A stretch of 64,000 bases of DNA from Dendrobates tinctorius. Taxonomy: Eukaryota. Location of the stretch: NCBI RefSeq assembly GCF_039654945.1, contig NW_027361917.1, forward strand, positions 58,652,001-58,716,000, read 5' to 3'. Every line of letters begins with the position of its first letter. Position 1 is the first letter of the stretch. The notes beneath the pieces were generated by a model that saw only the letters and a program-made list of their open reading frames with translations, ran no database searches and was not told the DNA's origin. Of the stretch, positions 24,296-34,358 are shown in pieces. The translations under genes and the position numbers were made by a program.

Positions 24296-27200
24296 TTAAA
24301 TGAAGGGAGCAAAGCTAATAGCCTCGTTCAATCCCTTCGGATGTACTGTATCCAACAGCCATATCCATCTTGTTTCACGTTGCAACAGTCTCTGAGTTAG
24401 ATTGCCACCACGAACCCCCGGATTGATAATATCAATCCCGCGAATCCGTAGTAGAGACCCATCGCAACCATGTTTGAGTTTAAAATGTCGAGGTATTGTC
24501 CTGAGTGTGGAGGGATCCTCCTGGCCGGCTGCCGCCTGTATGCCCAACACGTGCTCACGAACACGTGTCTTCAATTGCCGCGTAGTCATACCAATATAGA
24601 TCAGGTTACATGGACATAGCGCAAAATAGATAACGTAACGTGAGGTACATAGAATACGGTTGCGAATATTAAATGTCCGAGTCCCTGAGGAATTGAAGAA
24701 CGTGTCCGTTCGCTCAATGTTGGAACAGGCGACACAGCGGCCACAAGGAGCACACCCACACACAGGACGAACCGAACTGAGAAAATTCTGTTTAGGTTCA
24801 GGTTGATAATGACTATGGACGAGATAATCCTTGAGATTCCTTGATCGACGGATAGTGACACTTGGTTTAGATGGAATAAATTTGTTAAGAATAGGGTCCG
24901 TCTGCAGAATGGGCCAAGCCTTTTGAAGACAGCCTCTCATTCTAGCAAATTGCGCATGGTAATTTGTAATAAATCTGATCTTATTATCAGTTTTAGTTTC
25001 CCTCTTCTTATATAGCAATGACTGACGTGTAGACCATCTTGCACGGTTAAAGGCTTTCTTAACAGATCTCCTACTATAGCCTCTCTCAAAGAACCTTTCC
25101 GAAAGGTCCTGGGCTTGGACTAAAAAATCCTGATCATTAGAGCAGATCCTGCGTAACCGCAGAAACTGCCCTATAGGAATAGAGTTGATCAGAGGTTTAG
25201 GGTGAGCAGAGGAGGCATGAAGTAACACATTGGAGGAAGTTTCCTTCCTAAATATTCCTGTCTGCAATGTATTATCAAAGTCTCTCCAAACATTGACATC
25301 TAAAAAACTAACCCTGGTCAAATCATAATGATATGTTATATGAATATTCATATTGTTCGAGTTAATTCCTTCCATAAAGGTTGATAACTGAAGCTCATTC
25401 CCCTGCCAGACCAGAAAAATGTCGTCGATGTACCGCACCCAAAAAGGGATGCGGTCCATCGACTGACACTGGTCAGACAGGGGGAGGTCCCTCTCCCACA
25501 GCCCCAGGAACAGGTTGGCATACGATGGGGCAAAGGAGGCCCCCATAGCTGTCCCCTGGAGCTGTAGGTAGAAGGACCCCATGAACGTAAAAAAATTATG
25601 GGTCAGGGAAAACTCGAGCAATTCAATGACCAGGGAGATGATTTCCGTAGGTAAGTTTGACATGTTTAAAAAATAACGAGTAGCAGCCAACCCATCGGCA
25701 TGTCTTATGCTGGTGTAAAGGGACTCAATGTCACCTGTCACCAGCATATTACCACTCCCGATATGAAGGCCATCAACTCTCCTAAGGAATTCACCGGTAT
25801 CGAGTAAAAAGGAGGGCAGACTTTCAACGAGGGGCTGTAATTTGGAGTCAATCCAACGATTGACTTTTTCCAAATAATTCCCAGAGCCAGAAATAATAGG
25901 ACGACCGGGGGGGGCCTCGAGACACTTGTGTATTTTAGGTAATAAATAAAATGTTGCAATGGTAGGTTCCTGTACCTGCATCGTAAGAGCCAATTCCTTG
26001 GTGATAACACCATTTTGAACGGCTGTATTAATGATTTTATTCAGCTGTAACACAAATGAGGCAAGGGGGTTAAACGTCAAACGCTTGTAGCATACCTTGT
26101 TAGTTAATTGTCTGAATGCCTCCTTCTCATAGAGGAACTTAGGCCATATTACCACATTGCCCCCTTTATCAGCTGGCTTTAACACAATGTCAGGAAGCCC
26201 CCTCAGGACGTCCAATCTCATGCGTTCCTCACGACTAAGATTGTCCCTGCCCACACCCCCAGGGATTTTCATAAAGTCCTTAGTAACGACCTGAACAAAA
26301 AGATCAATAGCTGCACATGTCGCCAGTGGAGGAAATTTTTTAGATTTCATTCTGATGGATTGAGGAATCTTACCTCCCTCTCCAGTTGTATGTTCAATGG
26401 AAAGATCCTCAAGATCCTGCAGGGCTACTTGCTCCTCTTCTGTGGGAAAAAGATTTTGCAAATCTGAGTTGAAAAAATGTCTCTTGAAAATCAGAGATCT
26501 AGCAAAAAGATGTAGATCTTTGATGGCCATAAAAGCATTGAAATGAGACTTTGGAGAAAACGTGAGTCCCCTACTCAACAGTGAAAGATCAGAATCAGTT
26601 AAAATATGAGAGCTCAGGTTAATTACCTTATTGTTATTATTAGTACGTTCAGGTGATCTGAACTTCATCCGCTTGTAGGGGTGGAAATTCACGTCTCTTA
26701 CTCTCTTAGATCTTGCTCCAGATCGTGTAGTTATCGATGAAGTAGACCATTCTGAAGAATCACTCATGGAGGAAAGGGAACTCACTGAAAATACTCCATG
26801 CATTTTAGGGGCTTTGATATTAAATTTTCTCCAAGCATAGACACTCTTATTTGCAAAATCTTTAGTATCACGATGCAATTTAGAGGTCTGCATTTCATTT
26901 ATTTTTTTGACACAAATGTCCAGATTCTTTTCAATACGAGATTCATATTCGACAACCTTCTCAGATGGACACAATGCTTTAAAATTACGTTCAGCCTCAT
27001 CAATCGATTTATCCAAGTCTACAATAAGCTTAGAATTCCGTTCAATCAATAGCTTCAAGAAAACATTAGAACAAACACCACATGCTTCCTCCCATCGACT
27101 GATAAAATCATCATCGTCGATAGGGAATGAGGGAATAACCCTTATTCTCAGACCTCTGGGAATAATGTTAAAAGAGACATATTTCTCCAGGAAGGCCCTA

Positions 27201-27433
27201 TTCCACCATATCCTCGTCCGTTTTAGTAACAGTTTCTCAATTTCAAGAACTTGGCTATCAAGTGTTTGATCCATATGTGGCTGTAACTCGACTCCACCTG
27301 TCCCGAATACCTGGTCTATTTGTCCGAGCCAGGCCTTCTCTTTAGCTCGAAAATCCATATCCAAAACACCAAAAGAACCTGTGCATAACACAGTAAAATT
27401 AATACATAACCATATTAAGGATACTAATCCCAT
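24296..27433 (-). CDS. PLE reverse transcriptase + GIY-YIG endonuclease, copy 1 (1045 aa; probable true start MDFRAK at 27358, 1020 aa)
   Basis: KVINLS, KPADKGG, LPKIHK..PGRPIIS, GDIESLYTSI, GTAMGASFAPSYANLF, RYIDD, FLDV. Cys-rich linker CAPCGRCVAC. VIY..CPC..YIGMTTRQLKTRVREH..RE..WI..L.T..P.GLN. Confidence 0.97.
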   Translation of the reverse strand: MGLVSLIWLCINFTVLCTGSFGVLDMDFRAKEKAWLGQIDQVFGTGGVELQPHMDQTLDSQVLEIEKLLLKRTRIWWNRAFLEKYVSFNIIPRGLRIRVIPSFPIDDDDFISRWEEACGVCSNVFLKLLIERNSKLIVDLDKSIDEAERNFKALCPSEKVVEYESRIEKNLDICVKKINEMQTSKLHRDTKDFANKSVYAWRKFNIKAPKMHGVFSVSSLSSMSDSSEWSTSSITTRSGARSKRVRDVNFHPYKRMKFRSPERTNNNNKVINLSSHILTDSDLSLLSRGLTFSPKSHFNAFMAIKDLHLFARSLIFKRHFFNSDLQNLFPTEEEQVALQDLEDLSIEHTTGEGGKIPQSIRMKSKKFPPLATCAAIDLFVQVVTKDFMKIPGGVGRDNLSREERMRLDVLRGLPDIVLKPADKGGNVVIWPKFLYEKEAFRQLTNKVCYKRLTFNPLASFVLQLNKIINTAVQNGVITKELALTMQVQEPTIATFYLLPKIHKCLEAPPGRPIISGSGNYLEKVNRWIDSKLQPLVESLPSFLLDTGEFLRRVDGLHIGSGNMLVTGDIESLYTSIRHADGLAATRYFLNMSNLPTEIISLVIELLEFSLTHNFFTFMGSFYLQLQGTAMGASFAPSYANLFLGLWERDLPLSDQCQSMDRIPFWVRYIDDIFLVWQGNELQLSTFMEGINSNNMNIHITYHYDLTRVSFLDVNVWRDFDNTLQTGIFRKETSSNVLLHASSAHPKPLINSIPIGQFLRLRRICSNDQDFLVQAQDLSERFFERGYSRRSVKKAFNRARWSTRQSLLYKKRETKTDNKIRFITNYHAQFARMRGCLQKAWPILQTDPILNKFIPSKPSVTIRRSRNLKDYLVHSHYQPEPKQNFLSSVRPVCGCAPCGRCVACSNIERTDTFFNSSGTRTFNIRNRILCTSRYVIYFALCPCNLIYIGMTTRQLKTRVREHVLGIQAAAGQEDPSTLRTIPRHFKLKHGCDGSLLRIRGIDIINPGVRGGNLTQRLLQRETRWIWLLDTVHPKGLNEAISFAPFI

Positions 27434-27846
27434 TCAATCAGATATAAATATACCAATCCTAGACTAAAAGTATGAAAAATTGGGATTATAATGAGGGATA
27501 TCTATAACAGGATAATCGCAAAATATAATAAATCACAGAGAAAAACAAGCGATCAAAGAAATCCGACCAACAAAAGATGTATAAGAAACATATAAAAATT
27601 TATTCAAGGAAACACAGAAAAACAGGACAGGAATTAGAATCATGAGTTGACCATGGTAGCGTGCAAGCGACCAATGGGGTACACATGGAGTAAAAGGACC
27701 TATTCGGAACATCAATAGAAGGCATATAGCTAGATGTATAATTGAAGAAATAAATGCCAGTTCCTAACAAGGTATAATAATACGATCAAACAGGACAAGT
27801 ACATAAATAAGTATTATAAGCAAATAAACAATAGCAGACTTAATAC
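27379..27846 (-). other. Putative 468-nt leader intron of the PLE
   Basis: Donor CAG|GTATTA ~45 nt after the hammerhead cut. Acceptor ttttactgtgttatgcacAG|G lies 20 nt before the MDFRAK ATG. U-rich interior. PLEs are known to retain leader introns. Confidence 0.55.
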
Positions 27847-27877
27847 CTGTTATGGTTGTATGTAACGGTCCACTCCA

Positions 27878-27928
27878 GTATACCCCCCCCAACGCACGTT
27901 TCGGCAGATGGCCTTTCTCAAGGGGTAC
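27878..27928 (-). ncRNA. Variant hammerhead ribozyme, spacer 2
   Basis: Identical to spacer 1. Predicted cut 27891/27890. Confidence 0.8.
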
Positions 27929-29346
27929 AGGGAAAAGAGGAAGTAAGGGGTATTTAAGACAGAATCAACCAATCAATCCAAGGATCATACCCATGTGATC
28001 AATCACCAATGGTGCACGTGTGTCAAGGTTCCACCCAACCATAGCATCCGTTGTCATGGCTACATCCCATAGAACAAATTTATTCATATGGGTAATAGTA
28101 GACAGACTATCTGAAATAGAGAGCTAACACATAAATAAACACCTCCAAGATGGATCTCTTTATTAGGAATCACTGCTAGCATAAGTAGTAGCCACCATTA
28201 TTATATTGATCAGCGCATTAAAACCTGTGTATCGTCCAACAAAGATGACATCATCGTTGGTGGAATCACATGAGTCGTCTTCACTTACTAACAACACCCA
28301 ATACGGTACAAGTATTGGTGACCGCAGCACTAATCATGTGACTATCGTCACGCTGCCGGGGCTCCTCCCCTATTGACGTCACCGCGCCGACGCGTCCACC
28401 TTTCATGACGCAAGTTGCCCCGACAACCAGTGCAATACAAGTATTGGTGACCGCAGCGCTAGTTAAGTAACCATCATCACGCTGCCGGGGCTCCTCCCCC
28501 ATTGACGTCACCACGCCGACGCGTCCACCAATCATGACGCAAGTTGCCCCGACAACCAAAACAATGGGCGGCGGCGGCAACTCCAGCGTCATAGTTGTAA
28601 CCACCCACAATAGGGAGGAATCAAAGAAATCAATGACTCCTCCCTAGCTGTATCAGCCATGGCAACGCGTCCACTCATAATGACGCAGGCGTCACCCCGG
28701 CAACCAAAACAGCGGGCGGCAACGGCATCAATGTGACGTCAACTAAGTGACTGGCCACAATGGAGATGCCGAGAGGCGTCCGATGTGAAGGAGACAGCAG
28801 TGCGCATGCGTACAGAGCGAACGTCATCCAATGGCATAGGGTATAACAGCCATAAACCTAAACAGAAACAATATAGGAGACACGCAGATTAATAGCCCGG
28901 CGCCGCCAGACAATAGTCCTAAAAATAGCGACAATAGCGATGGACAGCACATGGTAACAAAATAAACTAGCAAAGGCGGTAATAAAGCATAGACCCAAGG
29001 CATAAAAGATATATATATGTATACAATGAAGATAACTCCTCAAAACAAACAAAAACACATAAAGAAGCAGAACATATATATATAGATTTCATAACAAAAA
29101 TAGTCCTGCTATCGTTATCTTCATATGATAATATGCCGACAGGGAGATCCAGACACCCAGAGGGATAAAACAGTGGAGATGTTCAGCCGAGGGAACACAG
29201 ATACACGAATATGGCAAAGGAAGACTCTGAAAAATAAAACCAAAATTAGAACAAAAACAATAAAAACAATAAGATACGCAGCAAACAACCCATGATCAAA
29301 AAATGTAAATATAGCCAAACCATCATATATTCAAAAATAGAAACAC

Positions 29347-32300
29347 TTAAATGAAGGGAGCAAAGCTAATAGCCTCGTTCAATCCCTTCGGATGTACTGT
29401 ATCCAACAGCCATATCCATCTTGTTTCACGTTGCAACAGTCTCTGAGTTAGATTGCCACCACGAACCCCCGGATTGATAATATCAATCCCGCGAATCCGT
29501 AGTAGAGACCCATCGCAACCATGTTTGAGTTTAAAATGTCGAGGTATTGTCCTGAGTGTGGAGGGATCCTCCTGGCCGGCTGCCGCCTGTATGCCCAACA
29601 CGTGCTCACGAACACGTGTCTTCAATTGCCGCGTAGTCATACCAATATAGATCAGGTTACATGGACATAGCGCAAAATAGATAACGTAACGTGAGGTACA
29701 TAGAATACGGTTGCGAATATTAAATGTCCGAGTCCCTGAGGAATTGAAGAACGTGTCCGTTCGCTCAATGTTGGAACAGGCGACACAGCGGCCACAAGGA
29801 GCACACCCACACACAGGACGAACCGAACTGAGAAAATTCTGTTTAGGTTCAGGTTGATAATGACTATGGACGAGATAATCCTTGAGATTCCTTGATCGAC
29901 GGATAGTGACACTTGGTTTAGATGGAATAAATTTGTTAAGAATAGGGTCCGTCTGCAGAATGGGCCAAGCCTTTTGAAGACAGCCTCTCATTCTAGCAAA
30001 TTGCGCATGGTAATTTGTAATAAATCTGATCTTATTATCAGTTTTAGTTTCCCTCTTCTTATATAGCAATGACTGACGTGTAGACCATCTTGCACGGTTA
30101 AAGGCTTTCTTAACAGATCTCCTACTATAGCCTCTCTCAAAGAACCTTTCCGAAAGGTCCTGGGCTTGGACTAAAAAATCCTGATCATTAGAGCAGATCC
30201 TGCGTAACCGCAGAAACTGCCCTATAGGAATAGAGTTGATCAGAGGTTTAGGGTGAGCAGAGGAGGCATGAAGTAACACATTGGAGGAAGTTTCCTTCCT
30301 AAATATTCCTGTCTGCAATGTATTATCAAAGTCTCTCCAAACATTGACATCTAAAAAACTAACCCTGGTCAAATCATAATGATATGTTATATGAATATTC
30401 ATATTGTTCGAGTTAATTCCTTCCATAAAGGTTGATAACTGAAGCTCATTCCCCTGCCAGACCAGAAAAATGTCGTCGATGTACCGCACCCAAAAAGGGA
30501 TGCGGTCCATCGACTGACACTGGTCAGACAGGGGGAGGTCCCTCTCCCACAGCCCCAGGAACAGGTTGGCATACGATGGGGCAAAGGAGGCCCCCATAGC
30601 TGTCCCCTGGAGCTGTAGGTAGAAGGACCCCATGAACGTAAAAAAATTATGGGTCAGGGAAAACTCGAGCAATTCAATGACCAGGGAGATGATTTCCGTA
30701 GGTAAGTTTGACATGTTTAAAAAATAACGAGTAGCAGCCAACCCATCGGCATGTCTTATGCTGGTGTAAAGGGACTCAATGTCACCTGTCACCAGCATAT
30801 TACCACTCCCGATATGAAGGCCATCAACTCTCCTAAGGAATTCACCGGTATCGAGTAAAAAGGAGGGCAGACTTTCAACGAGGGGCTGTAATTTGGAGTC
30901 AATCCAACGATTGACTTTTTCCAAATAATTCCCAGAGCCAGAAATAATAGGACGACCAGGGGGGGCCTCGAGACACTTGTGTATTTTAGGTAATAAATAA
31001 AATGTTGCAATGGTAGGTTCCTGTACCTGCATCGTAAGAGCCAATTCCTTGGTGATAACACCATTTTGAACGGCTGTATTAATGATTTTATTCAGCTGTA
31101 ACACAAATGAGGCAAGGGGGTTAAACGTCAAACGCTTGTAGCATACCTTGTTAGTTAATTGTCTGAATGCCTCCTTCTCATAGAGGAACTTAGGCCATAT
31201 TACCACATCGCCCCCTTTATCAGCTGGCTTTAACACAATGTCAGGAAGCCCCCTCAGGACGTCCAATCTCATGCGTTCCTCACGACTAAGATTGTCCCTG
31301 CCCACACCCCCAGGGATTTTCATAAAGTCCTTAGTAACGACCTGAACAAAAAGATCAATAGCTGCACATGTCGCCAGTGGAGGAAATTTTTTAGATTTCA
31401 TTCTGATGGATTGAGGAATCTTACCTCCCTCTCCAGTTGTATGTTCAATGGAAAGATCCTCAAGATCCTGCAGGGCTACTTGCTCCTCTTCTGTGGGAAA
31501 AAGATTTTGCAAATCTGAGTTGAAAAAATGTCTCTTGAAAATCAGAGATCTAGCAAAAAGATGTAGATCTTTGATGGCCATAAAAGCATTGAAATGAGAC
31601 TTTGGAGAAAACGTGAGTCCCCTACTCAACAGTGAAAGATCAGAATCAGTTAAAATATGAGAGCTCAGGTTAATTACCTTATTGTTATTATTAGTACGTT
31701 CAGGTGATCTGAACTTCATCCGCTTGTAGGGGTGGAAATTCACGTCTCTTACTCTCTTAGATCTTGCTCCAGATCGTGTAGTTATCGATGAAGTAGACCA
31801 TTCTGAAGAATCACTCATGGAGGAAAGGGAACTCACTGAAAATACTCCATGCATTTTAGGGGCTTTGATATTAAATTTTCTCCAAGCATAGACACTCTTA
31901 TTTGCAAAATCTTTAGTATCACGATGCAATTTAGAGGTCTGCATTTCATTTATTTTTTTGACACAAATGTCCAGATTCTTTTCAATACGAGATTCATATT
32001 CGACAACCTTCTCAGATGGACACAATGCTTTAAAATTACGTTCAGCCTCATCAATCGATTTATCCAAGTCTACAATAAGCTTAGAATTCCGTTCAATCAA
32101 TAGCTTCAAGAAAACATTAGAACAAACACCACATGCTTCCTCCCATCGACTGATAAAATCATCATCGTCGATAGGGAATGAGGGAATAACCCTTATTCTC
32201 AGACCTCTGGGAATAATGTTAAAAGAGACATATTTCTCCAGGAAGGCCCTATTCCACCATATCCTCGTCCGTTTTAGTAACAGTTTCTCAATTTCAAGAA

Positions 32301-32484
32301 CTTGGCTATCAAGTGTTTGATCCATATGTGGCTGTAACTCGACTCCACCTGTCCCGAATACCTGGTCTATTTGTCCGAGCCAGGCCTTCTCTTTAGCTCG
32401 AAAATCCATATCCAAAACACCAAAAGAACCTGTGCATAACACAGTAAAATTAATACATAACCATATTAAGGATACTAATCCCAT
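29347..32484 (-). CDS. PLE RT + GIY-YIG, copy 2 (N->D in KGGNVV)
   Basis: Intact ORF with the same motifs. Confidence 0.97.
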   Translation of the reverse strand: MGLVSLIWLCINFTVLCTGSFGVLDMDFRAKEKAWLGQIDQVFGTGGVELQPHMDQTLDSQVLEIEKLLLKRTRIWWNRAFLEKYVSFNIIPRGLRIRVIPSFPIDDDDFISRWEEACGVCSNVFLKLLIERNSKLIVDLDKSIDEAERNFKALCPSEKVVEYESRIEKNLDICVKKINEMQTSKLHRDTKDFANKSVYAWRKFNIKAPKMHGVFSVSSLSSMSDSSEWSTSSITTRSGARSKRVRDVNFHPYKRMKFRSPERTNNNNKVINLSSHILTDSDLSLLSRGLTFSPKSHFNAFMAIKDLHLFARSLIFKRHFFNSDLQNLFPTEEEQVALQDLEDLSIEHTTGEGGKIPQSIRMKSKKFPPLATCAAIDLFVQVVTKDFMKIPGGVGRDNLSREERMRLDVLRGLPDIVLKPADKGGDVVIWPKFLYEKEAFRQLTNKVCYKRLTFNPLASFVLQLNKIINTAVQNGVITKELALTMQVQEPTIATFYLLPKIHKCLEAPPGRPIISGSGNYLEKVNRWIDSKLQPLVESLPSFLLDTGEFLRRVDGLHIGSGNMLVTGDIESLYTSIRHADGLAATRYFLNMSNLPTEIISLVIELLEFSLTHNFFTFMGSFYLQLQGTAMGASFAPSYANLFLGLWERDLPLSDQCQSMDRIPFWVRYIDDIFLVWQGNELQLSTFMEGINSNNMNIHITYHYDLTRVSFLDVNVWRDFDNTLQTGIFRKETSSNVLLHASSAHPKPLINSIPIGQFLRLRRICSNDQDFLVQAQDLSERFFERGYSRRSVKKAFNRARWSTRQSLLYKKRETKTDNKIRFITNYHAQFARMRGCLQKAWPILQTDPILNKFIPSKPSVTIRRSRNLKDYLVHSHYQPEPKQNFLSSVRPVCGCAPCGRCVACSNIERTDTFFNSSGTRTFNIRNRILCTSRYVIYFALCPCNLIYIGMTTRQLKTRVREHVLGIQAAAGQEDPSTLRTIPRHFKLKHGCDGSLLRIRGIDIINPGVRGGNLTQRLLQRETRWIWLLDTVHPKGLNEAISFAPFI

Positions 32485-32678
32485 TCAATCAGATATAAAT
32501 ATACCAATCCTAGACTAAAAGTATGAAAAATTGGGATTATAATGAGGGATATCTATAACAGGATAATCGCAAAATATAATAAATCACAGAGAAAAACAAG
32601 CGATCAAAGAAATCCGACCAACAAAAGATGTATAAGAAACATATAAAAATGTATTCAAGGAAACACAGAAAAAAAACA

Positions 32679-32940
32679 CAGGGCTACTTGCTCCTCTTCT
32701 GTGGGAAAAAGATTTTGCAAATCTGAGTTGAAAAAATGTCTCTTGAAAATCAGAGATCTAGCAAAAAGATGTAGATCTTTGATGGCCATAAAAGCATTGA
32801 AATGAGACTTTGGAGAAAACGTGAGTCCCCTACTCAACAGTGAAAGATCAGAATCAGTTAAAATATGAGAGCTCAGGTTAATTACCTTATTGTTATTATT
32901 AGTACGCACGTTTCGGCAGATGGCCTTTCTCAAGGGGTAC
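32679..32940 (-). other. Type-B spacer: hammerhead truncated at its cleavage site and fused to a 228-bp copy of ORF sequence
   Basis: 32679-32906 matches 26420-26647. Sense junction GAAACGTGCGT|ACTAAT with 3-nt CGT microhomology. Confidence 0.92.
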
Positions 32941-34358
32941 AGGGAAAAGAGGAAGTAAGGGGTATTTAAGACAGAATCAACCAATCAATCCAAGGATCAT
33001 ACCCATGTGATCAATCACCAATGGTGCACGTGTGTCAAGGTTCCACCCAACCATAGCATCCGTTGTCATGGCTACATCCCATAGAACAAATTTATTCATA
33101 TGGGTAATAGTAGACAGACTATCTGAAATAGAGAGCTAACACATAAATAAACACCTCGAAGATGGATCTCTTTATTAGGAATCACTGCTAGCATAAGTAG
33201 TAGCCACCATTATTATATTGATCAGCGCATTAAAACCTGTGTATCGTCCAACAAAGATGACATCATCGTTGGTGGAATCACATGAGTCGTCTTCACTTAC
33301 TAACAACACCCAATATGGTACAAGTATTGGTGACCGCAGCACTAATCATGTGACTATCGTCACGCTGCCGGGGCTCCTCCCCTATTGACGTCACCGCGCC
33401 GACGCGTCCACCTTTCATGACGCAAGTTGCCCCGACAACCAGTGCAATACAAGTATTGGTGACCGCAGCGCTAGTTAAGTAACCATCATCACGCTGCCGG
33501 GGCTCCTCCCCCATTGACGTCACCACGCCGACGCGTCCACCAATCATGACGCAAGTTGCCCCGACAACCAAAACAATGGGCGGCGGCGGCAACTCCAGCG
33601 TCATAGTTGTAACCACCCACAATAGGGAGGAATCAAAGAAATCAATGACTCCTCCCTAGCTGTATCAGCCATGGCAACGCGTCCACTCATAATGACGCAG
33701 GCGTCACCCCGGCAACCAAAACAGCGGGCGGCAACGGCATCAATGTGACGTCAACTAAGTGACTGGCCACAATGGAGATGCCGAGAGGCGTCCGATGTGA
33801 AGGAGACAGCAGTGCGCATGCGTACAGAGCGAACGTCATCCAATGGCATAGGGTATAACAGCCATAAACCTAAACAGAAACAATATAGGAGACACGCAGA
33901 TTAATAGCCCGGCGCCGCCAGACAATAGTCCTAAAAATAGCGACAATAGCGATGGACAGCACATGGTAACAAAATAAACTAGCAAAGGCGGTAATAAAGC
34001 ATAGACCCAAGGCATAAAAGATATATATATGTATACAATGAAGATAACTCCTCAAAACAAACAAAAACACATAAAGAAGCAGAACATATATATATAGATT
34101 TCATAACAAAAATAGTCCTGCTATCGTTATCTTCATATGATAATATGCCGACAGGGAGATCCAGACACCCAGAGGGATAAAACAGTGGAGATGTTCAGCC
34201 GAGGGAACACAGATACACGAATATGGCAAAGGAAGACTCTGAAAAATAAAACCAAAATTAGAACAAAAACAATAAAAACAATAAGATACGCAGCAAACAA
34301 CCCATGATCAAAAAATGTAAATATAGCCAAACCATCATATATTCAAAAATAGAAACAC

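Noticed and set aside
32655-32984. 109-aa ORF sharing KVINLS sequence with the PLE protein
   Set aside because: Created by the 228-bp ORF patch and starts at a non-ATG codon upstream of the ribozyme. Not an independent gene.
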